Shown here: positions 18,541 to 27,291 of the stretch, piece by piece
Layout of the letters: the number at the start of each line of letters is the position of its first letter
Numbering within the stretch: the stretch's first letter is position 1
Source: Vulcanimicrobiota bacterium
Lineage (GTDB): Bacteria; Vulcanimicrobiota; Vulcanimicrobiia; Vulcanimicrobiales; Vulcanimicrobiaceae
Assembly (NCBI GenBank): GCA_963695225.1
Contig: OY968762.1
Span: forward strand, 1,856,001 to 1,920,000
Reading direction: 5' to 3'
DNA: 64,000 nt
Notes under the pieces: model-generated
What the model was told of the DNA's origin: nothing
What the model saw: only the letters and a program-made list of their open reading frames with translations
Database searches by the model: none
Made by a program: the position numbers and the translations under genes

Positions 18541-18684
18541 CGTCGATCAAGCCGCCGCGCTCAGAGCGATGGGCCTCGAAGCCGCATTCGTCCCGGGCGC
18601 CGCGACCGTCGAGACGGACCGCGGGGCCTCGCCGCGCGCGCTGCCGCAGAACAGCCGGCTCTTCGCCACCCCGGATAACGGCGC
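18541..18684 (+). pseudogene. Diverged remnant copy of the GGDEF-EAL gene 3' end
   Basis: Aligns to about 18173-18353 with a 36-nt in-frame deletion (18207-18242) and scattered substitutions. Confidence 0.85.
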
Positions 18685-18690
18685 ACGGCT

Positions 18691-19020
18691 CTATCTGAAG
18701 TGCGATTTGAGAAGGTCGAACGCATTGAGGGCGAGCGCAGGCGCGCCCATAAGCAGGATCGCCCATGTCTCGCGTTTGCTCAGCGGATGCCGGTCATCAA
18801 ACTCGCCCCGATAAAGCCCTGCGACGTACGACACGACACAGGTGAAAAAGACCAAGAGCGCGGCCAGAACTAGCAAGGACGCGATGCCGACGGCAACCGG
18901 GGGCGCGCCCGGAGCTTCATGGATGAAATGCAGCAACGGAGCCGTGTAGGCAATCAGACACGTGCCAAGCCCGAGTTTAAAGCGCTCGGACCAGCCTCGC
19001 AACGCTCCAACGTCGCGCAT
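18691..19020 (-). CDS. Small hypothetical membrane protein (about 3 TM)
   Basis: Hydrophobic segments; atypical A/T-richer codons. Confidence 0.5.
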   Translation of the reverse strand: MRDVGALRGWSERFKLGLGTCLIAYTAPLLHFIHEAPGAPPVAVGIASLLVLAALLVFFTCVVSYVAGLYRGEFDDRHPLSKRETWAILLMGAPALALNAFDLLKSHFR

Positions 19021-19105
19021 GCTCAGTGGGATCTTCTCCTTGAGGACCTGCTGATTTCCGTTTGCTCATCGGCTCGCCGGACCTTCTGCGCGAGGAAATC
19101 CCCGG

Positions 19106-19495
19106 TTAGAGCGACTTCAAGTACGCGACGAGCGCCGTCGCGTCGTCGTGGTTGAAGCGATACGCCGGCATCGGATGGCGGGCATGCCTCCCGTTGGGCA
19201 GCAGGCCGGTCTCTAGGAAACTGACCGCCTGCGCCGTGGTGAGCTTGGGGAGCCCGGCCAGGCGCGGCGCGCGCGCGGTGAAGTCCGGCGTGGGGGGCAC
19301 CGGGAAGCCGATCGGGGCGCCGCGCAGCGATGCGCCGTGGCAATCGGCACACTGTCCGGCACCGGTCGCAAGATACTTGCCGCGCTCGATGATCTGCGCC
19401 GAAGACGTCGCATTCGCGAGAGCGGCGCGTCCGATCGGAACGATGCCCAGGGCGGCGGCAACGGCGCAGGCCGCAGCAAACGCACGATACGTCAT
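19106..19495 (-). CDS. Periplasmic monoheme cytochrome c
   Basis: Signal peptide, RGKYLA...CADCH, distal MP; AGGAGG RBS. Confidence 0.9.
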   Translation of the reverse strand: MTYRAFAAACAVAAALGIVPIGRAALANATSSAQIIERGKYLATGAGQCADCHGASLRGAPIGFPVPPTPDFTARAPRLAGLPKLTTAQAVSFLETGLLPNGRHARHPMPAYRFNHDDATALVAYLKSL

Positions 19496-19647
19496 TCTTA
19501 CGCCTCCTAACTTCGTGGTCGAGCCTCCTTAGAGCGTTGCTTGCCCTTCCCTGTTCCCGGTCGCCTCGGGCGCGTCCATGCCTAGAGCCAAGCAGCGGGC
19601 ATGCTCGCGCGTGCATCTTTGCGCGGACCTGCGAGGTTCCTCGGAGT

Positions 19648-20094
19648 ATGAATCTCAGGACGCATGCGCCTCGCAGCGCAAACGACAAACTCGCGGGGCT
19701 CGTCTCGCTCAAGCGAATGATCGACAAGGCCCACGCCTACAATGAAGGGCTGCTCGGCGAATACCATTACGACTGCCCGCACGACAAACCGTTGCTGGCA
19801 TTCCTCGGGGTCGACGCGGCGACGTTCGCGAAGAAGGCCGCGGAATTGAAGGAGGACGACGCGATCGTCGCTTGGCTGCAGTCGTCGTCGACGCTCTCGA
19901 AGAAGACGCCGGCGGAGATCGAGGCGTTCAACGCCGAGCGCAGGCGCTGGCGCCCCGAGCCCGGCAGCCCGGGCGAAGCGTTCTTTCTTGCCGAGCGCAA
20001 ACGGATCGATCCAAGCCGAACGGACATCGTGACATGGTTCGATCTGCTCGACCTCGACGAGAAACGTCCGGTTCCGGTCGCCACCCGGGCCTGA
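19648..20094 (+). CDS. DUF5069-like protein
   Basis: PRS...LAGLVSLKRMIDKA, GEYHYDCPHD, TWFDLLDLDE. Confidence 0.75.
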   Translation: MNLRTHAPRSANDKLAGLVSLKRMIDKAHAYNEGLLGEYHYDCPHDKPLLAFLGVDAATFAKKAAELKEDDAIVAWLQSSSTLSKKTPAEIEAFNAERRRWRPEPGSPGEAFFLAERKRIDPSRTDIVTWFDLLDLDEKRPVPVATRA

Positions 20095-20720
20095 ACCCTC
20101 GCACCGCGCTCGACTTCGCCGCGGTCGCGATCGCGGCGGGATCCGCGGTCGCGATTTCGCGCGAAGTCGCCGAACGCGAGCTCCTCGGCTTCGACGCAAG
20201 CATCCCGCTCGCGCTGCACGCCGTCGGGCCGATGCTCGACATCCCGGCGCGGTTCGTCACCGTCTTCGGCAACGGCGCGGTCGTCTTCGCGGTCGCGGCG
20301 ATCGCCGCAGCGCTGCTCGCCCTGCGCGGCGCCCGTTCCTGGGCCTGGGGCGTCGCCTTCGTCGCGATCGGCGCGGGTCTCGTCGATCTCGCGCTCAAGC
20401 TCGCCTTCGGCCGCGAACGCCCCGAACTCTGGGCACGGCCGCCGGTCGCGGGCTTCGCGTTCCCCAGCGGCCACGCGATGGAATCCGCGGCGGTCTATTT
20501 CTACCTAGCCGCGGCCGTCCGCGCCGTCGCGCCGCGGTACGGCCGTCTCGCTACCGCCGTCTCGGTGCTCCTCGTCGCGGCGATTGCCCTGAGCCGCGTG
20601 GTGCTCGGCGTGCACTGGCCCTCCGACGTCCTCGGCGGCGTCGCGATCGGCTACCTGCTGCAGCGCCTGTGCACGCTCTGGGCGGCACGCGCGACGCAGC
20701 CGGCTCGAGCGGATCCGTGA
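20091..20720 (+). CDS. PAP2 family membrane phosphatase
   Basis: KLAFGRERP, FPSGHA, SRVVLGVHWPSDV; start uncertain (CTG overlapping upstream stop). Confidence 0.85.
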   Translation: MNPRTALDFAAVAIAAGSAVAISREVAERELLGFDASIPLALHAVGPMLDIPARFVTVFGNGAVVFAVAAIAAALLALRGARSWAWGVAFVAIGAGLVDLALKLAFGRERPELWARPPVAGFAFPSGHAMESAAVYFYLAAAVRAVAPRYGRLATAVSVLLVAAIALSRVVLGVHWPSDVLGGVAIGYLLQRLCTLWAARATQPARADP

Positions 20721-20736
20721 CCGCGTCCCTTGGGGC

Positions 20737-21327
20737 TCAGCCGCGCCGCACCGTCAAGCGTCCGTAGCACTCGGCCGCTCGAACGCGCAGATCCTCGAGC
20801 GTGCCGTCGTTTTCGATGACTTCGTCGGCGAGCGCGCGGGCGGCGGCGGGATCGATCTGCGCCGCGATCCTCCGCTCGATCTCCGCGCGGGAGAGCGCGC
20901 TACGCGCCGTCACACGCGCGATCCGCGCTTCGAGCGGCGCGACGACGAGCACGTTGCGCTCGCAACTCCGATAGACGCCCGCCTCGAACAGCAGCGGAAC
21001 GTCTTGCACGACGATCTGCCCCGGCCGCGCCGCCGCCTCCAACTCCGCGGCGCGTTCGCGCACGTGCGGGTGGACGATCCCGTTCACGAACGCGCGCGCC
21101 TCATCGTCGGCGAAGACGATCGCGGCGAGTGCAGCCCGGTCGAGCGAGCCGTCCGCGCGCAGCACCGCGGGCCAACGCGCGGCGATGCGCTCGAGCCCCG
21201 CGCTCCCCGGCGCGAGCGCCTCCCGCGCGAGCGCGTCGGCATCGATCACCAAAGCACCGAGGCCGGCAAATACCTTGCCGACCTCGCTTTTTCCCGATCC
21301 GATGCCACCGGTCAGACCGACGCGCAC
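20737..21327 (-). CDS. coaE: Dephospho-CoA kinase
   Basis: VGLTGGIGSGKS, IDADALAR, DVPLLFE. Confidence 0.96.
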   Translation of the reverse strand: MRVGLTGGIGSGKSEVGKVFAGLGALVIDADALAREALAPGSAGLERIAARWPAVLRADGSLDRAALAAIVFADDEARAFVNGIVHPHVRERAAELEAAARPGQIVVQDVPLLFEAGVYRSCERNVLVVAPLEARIARVTARSALSRAEIERRIAAQIDPAAARALADEVIENDGTLEDLRVRAAECYGRLTVRRG

Positions 21328-21340
21328 GGCGCGCTGGGAT

Positions 21341-22486
21341 CTAGTCGGCGGCTGCGGTGAGCGCGTCGTCGATCGTGCCCAATTCCTCGGGCGCGAACGC
21401 GGCCAGTTCTTCCGGCGGGACGTCCATCACGTGCTGGATCGAGCCCGTGATGCGGCGCGTCGAGTGGTTGATCGTGAGCAGCGTGACCTCGACCTCTTCG
21501 CCGGGGCTGTACTGCTTCTGCGGATCGAACTCGCCCTTCGGCACCATCGCGAGCACGCCCGGGATGATCTCGACGAGCAGATAGTTCGGCGTGACCTTCA
21601 CGACCTGCGAAATCAGCTTCTCGCCTTCGACGAGCTTGTCGGCTTGCTCGACCCACGGGTCGGGCAGCGCGTGCTTGAGCGAGAGGCTGACCTTCTTCGC
21701 ATCGGGATCGAACTTCATGATCTCGACCGAGACCGTGTCGCCGATCTTCACGACTTCCGACGGGTGCTTGATGCGCGCGTAGGAGAGTTCGCTGTTGTGG
21801 ATCAGCCCGTCGATGCCGCCGAGGTCGACGAACGCACCGAACTCGGCGAGCCGGACGACGACGCCTTCGCGGATCTGGCCGACCGCGAGCGTGCCGAGCA
21901 GCTCGACCTTCTTCGCGTTGAGCTCTTCCTCGAGGACGAGGCGCTGCGAGAGGACGACGCGATGGCGCTTGTGATCGAGATCGATCACCTTGAGCCGCAG
22001 GTGCTTGCCGACGAGCTCGTCGAGGTTGCCGACGGGCTGGCGGCGGATCTGCGAGGCCGGGACGAACCCGCGCATGCCGAGGTCGACGAGAACGCCGCCC
22101 TTGACGACTTGCGTGACCGTCGCCTCGATGACCTCGTCGGCCTCGTGCGCGGCGATGACCTTCTCCCAGGTCTTGAGCGCCCGGGCGCGCCGTTCGCTCA
22201 GGAACATCACGCCGTCGTCGTCGATCCGGTGGATCATGACTTCGAGCTTGTCGTTGACCTTGAGTTCCTTCGGCTCGATCGCGAGCGAAAGTTCGCGGAA
22301 GGGCAAGTACCCCTCGGACTTCCCGCCGATATCGACGAGCAGCTCGTCCTGGTACTTCGCGACGATGATGCCGGTGAGGACCTGGCCCTCGTCGAGAACC
22401 TTCAGGCTCTCTTCGTACATGCGCTGCTCGAGCGCGAGCTGGTCCTCGAGTTCTTCTTGTGGTGCGGTATCGGTGCTAGTGGTGAT
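21341..22486 (-). CDS. rpsA: 30S ribosomal protein S1 (short, about 4 S1 domains); start uncertain (ATC 22486 or ATG 22420)
   Basis: LVDIGGKSEG, VKGGVLVDLGMRGFVPASQ, FGAFVDLGGIDGLIHNSELS. Confidence 0.88.
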   Translation of the reverse strand: MTTSTDTAPQEELEDQLALEQRMYEESLKVLDEGQVLTGIIVAKYQDELLVDIGGKSEGYLPFRELSLAIEPKELKVNDKLEVMIHRIDDDGVMFLSERRARALKTWEKVIAAHEADEVIEATVTQVVKGGVLVDLGMRGFVPASQIRRQPVGNLDELVGKHLRLKVIDLDHKRHRVVLSQRLVLEEELNAKKVELLGTLAVGQIREGVVVRLAEFGAFVDLGGIDGLIHNSELSYARIKHPSEVVKIGDTVSVEIMKFDPDAKKVSLSLKHALPDPWVEQADKLVEGEKLISQVVKVTPNYLLVEIIPGVLAMVPKGEFDPQKQYSPGEEVEVTLLTINHSTRRITGSIQHVMDVPPEELAAFAPEELGTIDDALTAAAD

Positions 22487-22564
22487 GGTGGTACCCCTGC
22501 GCTCTCGGCGCGGGCCGTGGGCGCTTCCGGCGCCCGGGCCTATTGTATATTTTTTGGACTGCGC

Positions 22565-23380
22565 TCAGCGTGCTTGGCAGGTCCGGCACCACCAGGTGCC
22601 TCGTTGTGCGAGCACCGTCCGGGCGATCGGTCCGCCGCACCGTGGGCACGGCTTCCCATCTTTCCCGTAGACGCTCAATACGTTTTGAAACCCGCCCCGG
22701 AGGCCTTCGGCGTCGACATAGTCGTCGACCGACGTACCCCGCATCTCGATTGCAAGCCGCAGGACCTCGCCGATCGCTCGGTGGAGGCGGAGGCGCCTTG
22801 CCCGCGAGAGAGACCCCGCCGGCCGGTTCGGACGGATCCGAGCCTCCCAAAGCGCCTCACACGCGTAAATGTTTCCGATCCCTGCGATGCGCCGTTGGTC
22901 GAGGAGGAAAACCTTGATGGGGGTCGCCCGCCCGGCCAAAAGCCCGGAGAACCGCTCGAACGAGAAATCCTCGGAGAGCGGCTCTATGCCAACCTCGGCA
23001 GCCCACGATTCTTCCGGCCCGGCCAGGCGCATCCTCCCGAACTGCCGCACATCGGCAAAACAGAGCCGAGTTCCGTCCGAGAACTCGAGGAGCACGTTCG
23101 TGTACGGCTCGGCGCTCTCGGTGCCGGGCCGTTGAACGATCAAGCGCCCGGTCATTCGAAGGTGAACCAGGAGGGACTTCCCCGACGCGAGCGAGATCAC
23201 GACGAACTTCCCCCGGCGCCCGACACCGGCGATCCGTTCGCCGCGCAGCGCGCGCTCGAACGCGGGCGGCGGTGGGATCGCGACCTTCGGCAAGCGCACA
23301 TCGACGCGAGCGATCGTCTTTGCGGTGAGGGCGTTCGCGAGACCGCGCGCGATCGTCTCGACTTCGGGGAGTTCCGGCAT
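22565..23380 (-). CDS. mutM: Formamidopyrimidine-DNA glycosylase
   Basis: MPELPEVE N-terminus, HLRMTG, GIGNIYACE, C-terminal CxxC...CxxCQ zinc finger. Confidence 0.97.
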   Translation of the reverse strand: MPELPEVETIARGLANALTAKTIARVDVRLPKVAIPPPPAFERALRGERIAGVGRRGKFVVISLASGKSLLVHLRMTGRLIVQRPGTESAEPYTNVLLEFSDGTRLCFADVRQFGRMRLAGPEESWAAEVGIEPLSEDFSFERFSGLLAGRATPIKVFLLDQRRIAGIGNIYACEALWEARIRPNRPAGSLSRARRLRLHRAIGEVLRLAIEMRGTSVDDYVDAEGLRGGFQNVLSVYGKDGKPCPRCGGPIARTVLAQRGTWWCRTCQAR

Positions 23381-23470
23381 CGCAAGGCAGGACGGCCGGA
23401 AGGGCGGGCTCGGTTGCAGCGCGCCGAGGAGAGCCCGCGGCACGGGCGAACCGCGCTCGCGGAGGTGGCG

Positions 23471-24124
23471 GTGCAGACGGACTCCCTACGGCGCCTGACC
23501 CCCGACGACGTGCGGCCGGGCGATATCCTGCTCTACGTGAAGATGCGGCGCTTCGACGAGTTCGTCCGCCTGCTCGACGGCGGGACGTACACGCATGCGG
23601 GCGTCCACAACGGCACGGCGATCGTCGAAGCGCTGCCGGCCGGCGTCGTCCCGCGCCCGCTCGAACGGAGCATCCTGCACGCCGCGACCGTCGACGTCTT
23701 CCGCTTGCGCGTGGACGAAGACGGGCGCGCGCTCGGCGAAGATCCGGCCTTTCCCCCGGACCCGGTCTTGCGCTCGATCGCCGCGTACGAAGCGGAGGGC
23801 GACCGCTACGCCTACGATCAGCTCGTCCTGCTCAGCGCGTTGTGCCTAGCGCGGAAGGTTCATCTCGGGCAAAGGCACGACGCGCTCGTGCGCGAGTTCC
23901 TCGATTCCGGGGCGGAGGCGATCGAGCAAATTCTCGCCCGCGGGCGCGAACCGATGACCTGCTCCGAGCTCGTCTATCGCTGCTATGCTGCGGCCGGCCC
24001 GCGATACCGCATCCAGATCCGCGAACTCGACGACGCAGGCGAACCGGTCATCGCCGATTTCGTGACGCCGCGCGATCTCGAGACGTCGCCGAACCTCGAA
24101 CGGATCGGCCGGCTCAAAGGCTGA
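23471..24124 (+). CDS. Permuted papain-like (YiiX/YebB, NlpC/P60 superfamily) enzyme
   Basis: RPGDILL, YTHAG (His), TCSELVYRCY (Cys), VTPRDL; GGAGG RBS before GTG. Confidence 0.8.
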   Translation: MQTDSLRRLTPDDVRPGDILLYVKMRRFDEFVRLLDGGTYTHAGVHNGTAIVEALPAGVVPRPLERSILHAATVDVFRLRVDEDGRALGEDPAFPPDPVLRSIAAYEAEGDRYAYDQLVLLSALCLARKVHLGQRHDALVREFLDSGAEAIEQILARGREPMTCSELVYRCYAAAGPRYRIQIRELDDAGEPVIADFVTPRDLETSPNLERIGRLKG

Positions 24125-24134
24125 GAGCGATCTC

Positions 24135-24668
24135 CTACGGCTCCGCTTCGACCGGCGCCAAGACGAGATGCGTTCCCGCGGTGAGCCCGCTCGCCGCGGC
24201 ATCTCCCGCGCGTAACTCGATCACGTATTTTCCGCGGCCGCTCCGCCGCGCGACGTCGAGATCGCTCGTCTTGGGCGTCGAAGCCGGGACGCGCGCCGCG
24301 ACGGACGTCACGACGCCGTTTGCATCGACGAAGACCATGTCGAGCGAAATCAGCGTGTTCTTCATCCAGAACTCGCGCGGCTCGTCGGTTACGAACGCGA
24401 ACAGCATCCCCGCGTGCGGTTGCAAGAGCGTGACGAACATCAACCCGTGCTCGCGCTCGCTCCGCGTCCGCGCGACCGCAAGCTGCAACGTGCCGTTCGG
24501 CGCGTCGACGACGTACGGCTTGCACGCCGGCGCCCGTTCGGACGTGCCGAACGGCCGCGGCGCGGGCGTCGCGAACACCGTCGGATCGCAATAGCGCGGC
24601 GCGCTCGGGAGCAAGAGCGGCAGCGCCGAACCGATCGCGATCGCGAGAATCCGCAGAGCCTCAAGCAT
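24135..24668 (-). CDS. DUF192 family protein
   Basis: REHGLMF, GMLF, FWMKNTLISLDMVF, YVIELRAG. Confidence 0.9.
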   Translation of the reverse strand: MLEALRILAIAIGSALPLLLPSAPRYCDPTVFATPAPRPFGTSERAPACKPYVVDAPNGTLQLAVARTRSEREHGLMFVTLLQPHAGMLFAFVTDEPREFWMKNTLISLDMVFVDANGVVTSVAARVPASTPKTSDLDVARRSGRGKYVIELRAGDAAASGLTAGTHLVLAPVEAEP

Positions 24669-27291
24669 CGATTGCTTCCACCTCGTACCAGTTGCGCCCG
24701 GCTTTGAGCGTCACCTCGAGCGGAACCGCCAATTCGATGGCCCCTTCCATCTCGGCCTTCACGAGCGCCGCGGTCGCGTCCAAGTCGGCTCGCGCGACTT
24801 CGAAGAGCAGCTCGTCGTGAATCTGCAGCAACATCAGCGCGTCGAGCCCGGCCGCGCGCAGGGCGCTTTCTACGCGCACCATCGCCAGTTTCATCAGATC
24901 AGCCGCACTGCCTTGCAGCGGCGCGTTCGTCGCTTCCCTTTCGGCGGCGGCACGCAGCGCGTAATTTCGCGACCGCAACTCGGGCATGTAACGCCGCCGG
25001 CCCAACATCGTTTCGACGTACCCGTGCTCGCGGCCGAAATCGAGAATGCGCTCGATGTACGAGCGGACCGAGGGAAACCGCGCGAAGTAGGCTTGCGTCA
25101 TCGCCCGCGCCTCGCCGCGCTCGATCTCCAGGCGCTGGGCGAGGCCGAAATCCGACATCCCGTAGAGCAAACCGAAGTTCACCGACTTCGCGATCCGGCG
25201 CTGGTTCGAGCTGGCTCGCTCGCCTGCGGGGATAGCGAAGATGCCGCGTGCCGTGAAATCGTGGATGTCCTCGCCGCGCCGGAACGCCTCGCGCATCGCC
25301 GCGTCGCCGGAGAGGTGCGCCATGATCCGCAGCTCGATCTGGCTGTAGTCGGCCGCGAGCAGCAGGCGCTGCGGCCCGGGCGCGACGAACGCGCGGCGGA
25401 TGCGGCGCCCCAGCTCGCCGCGCACCGGGACGTTCTGCAGGTTCGGATTCGTCGAGGAGAGGCGCCCGGTCGCCGTCGCGGTCTGGTGCAGCACCGTATG
25501 CAGTCGCCCGTCCGGACCGAGAAGCTTCGGGATCACGTCGATGTATGTGTTCTTGAGCTTTGTGACCTCGCGATACTCGAGCACTTTCGCGCAGATCGGA
25601 TGCTCGCGCGCGAGCCCCGCGAGGATCTCGACGCCCGTCGCCCAGCCGGTTTTGTTCCGGGAGCCGCCCGGAATGCCGAGGCGCTCGAAGAGGACCGCGC
25701 CGAGCTGTTGCGGAGAGCCGATGTTGAACTGCTCGCCGGCCAGCGCATAGATCTCTTCCGCCAAACGGATCACGGCGGCGTCGACCTCGTCGCCGAGGAC
25801 GCGCAGCTCCGCGAGGTCGACGGCGATGCCCCAGCGCTCCATATCGCTCAGAATCCCGACGAGCGGCAGCTCGACGCCGTCGTACAGCGAGAGCTGGTTG
25901 CGGTGCTCGAGATGATCCCGCGTGACGATCCCCAAACGCAACACGGCGTCGGCGTGCGCCGCGGCGTCGTCGGGAAGCGAGAGCGCCAAGAACTCCGCGA
26001 CGGCATCGGAGAGCTGCGCGAAGGTGCGCGATGGGCTGAGCAAGTGGGCGGCGACCATCGTATCGTCGGCGAGTTTCGGCGGCTCGAACCCGAGCGTCCG
26101 CAGGCGCGCGGCGAGGCTCTTCCCGTCGTGCGCTGCGAGCCCGCGCTCGCGCGCCAAGAACGCGCGGAACGCCGTCGCGACGGGCTCGTACCCGAGCGCG
26201 GCGGCGGGGAACGCGAAGCCGTGCCCGGCGGCGGAACTGATCCCGAACTCGCCCTCCCCGCGCGCGGCGAGCGCCGCGCGCTCCGCCGCCGCGGCGAGAT
26301 CGATGAACTGCGCGAGATGCGCGAACTCCGGAGGATCGACCGCCGCCGCGAACGAGAGGTACGAACCTTCGAGCCGTTCTTCGTCGAGGTTCCCCGCGAG
26401 CGGGAAGAGCGCGTCGTTCGCGGGTGCGGGCAAGCGCGCGAGCAGCGTCTTGAACTCGAGCTCGCGATAGAGCGGATAGAGCGCGTCCGGCGAGGGCGGG
26501 GTGAAGCGCGCCTCTTCCCACGGCAGCGTCACCGGCAGATCGCGCTTGACGCGCGAGACGTCGCGATAGATCCGGGCTTGGGCGCCGTGTTCGCGCACGA
26601 GCGCTTCGAGCTTCGCGCTCCCCGCGAGCGCCGGGTTCTCGAGCAGCGCATCGAGCGAGCCGGCGGCGCGGATCAGCTTGATCGCGGTCTTTTCGCCGAC
26701 GCCCGGGATCCCCGGAAGGTTGTCGGATGGGTCGCCCTTGAGACCGCGATAATCCGCCAGCTGCGAAGGCTCCAGCGTGAAGCGTTCGCGGACCGCGGCG
26801 GGATCGTACCGTCCGATATCCGTGATGCCCCGGCGCGTCGTCAGCACGGTCGTGCTCTCGTCGACGATCTGCAAGAGATCGAGGTCGCCGGTGACGATCT
26901 CGCTGCGCCCGCCCGCCTCCTCCGCGATGCGCGCGAGCGTCGCGATGACGTCGTCGGCTTCTTCGCCTTCGAGTTCGATCGCCGGGATACCGTACGCCGC
27001 GAGGACCCGGCGGACGAGCGCGAACTGCGAGCGCAGCTCGTCCGGCATCGTGTCGCGTTGCGCCTTGTACTGCGGATACATCGCCACGCGCGCTTGCGGC
27101 AAGCCCTTGTCGAAGCAGGCGATGACGTGCGTGGGCTGCTCGTCGGCGATCAGCTTGTTCAGCATCATCGTGAAGCCGTAGGCGGCGTTGATCGGGACGC
27201 CCTGCGTCGTCGTCAGCATCGGCAGCGCGAAGAACGCTCGGTAGACGAGCCCGTACGTATCGAGCAGCATGATCGTCGGCATCGCGTTCAC
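24661..27291 (-). CDS. polA: DNA polymerase I
   Basis: 5'-3' exonuclease (YRAFFA, EADDVIAT, GDPSDNLPG), TGRLSSTNPNLQN, DYSQIELR, QIHDEL. Confidence 0.98.
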   Translation of the reverse strand: MNAMPTIMLLDTYGLVYRAFFALPMLTTTQGVPINAAYGFTMMLNKLIADEQPTHVIACFDKGLPQARVAMYPQYKAQRDTMPDELRSQFALVRRVLAAYGIPAIELEGEEADDVIATLARIAEEAGGRSEIVTGDLDLLQIVDESTTVLTTRRGITDIGRYDPAAVRERFTLEPSQLADYRGLKGDPSDNLPGIPGVGEKTAIKLIRAAGSLDALLENPALAGSAKLEALVREHGAQARIYRDVSRVKRDLPVTLPWEEARFTPPSPDALYPLYRELEFKTLLARLPAPANDALFPLAGNLDEERLEGSYLSFAAAVDPPEFAHLAQFIDLAAAAERAALAARGEGEFGISSAAGHGFAFPAAALGYEPVATAFRAFLARERGLAAHDGKSLAARLRTLGFEPPKLADDTMVAAHLLSPSRTFAQLSDAVAEFLALSLPDDAAAHADAVLRLGIVTRDHLEHRNQLSLYDGVELPLVGILSDMERWGIAVDLAELRVLGDEVDAAVIRLAEEIYALAGEQFNIGSPQQLGAVLFERLGIPGGSRNKTGWATGVEILAGLAREHPICAKVLEYREVTKLKNTYIDVIPKLLGPDGRLHTVLHQTATATGRLSSTNPNLQNVPVRGELGRRIRRAFVAPGPQRLLLAADYSQIELRIMAHLSGDAAMREAFRRGEDIHDFTARGIFAIPAGERASSNQRRIAKSVNFGLLYGMSDFGLAQRLEIERGEARAMTQAYFARFPSVRSYIERILDFGREHGYVETMLGRRRYMPELRSRNYALRAAAEREATNAPLQGSAADLMKLAMVRVESALRAAGLDALMLLQIHDELLFEVARADLDATAALVKAEMEGAIELAVPLEVTLKAGRNWYEVEAIDA

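Noticed and set aside
11200..18690. Diversity-generating retroelement (TR/VR pairs) as explanation for the duplicated gene ends
   Set aside because: No reverse transcriptase in the window; mismatches are not confined to adenines and include a 36-nt deletion.
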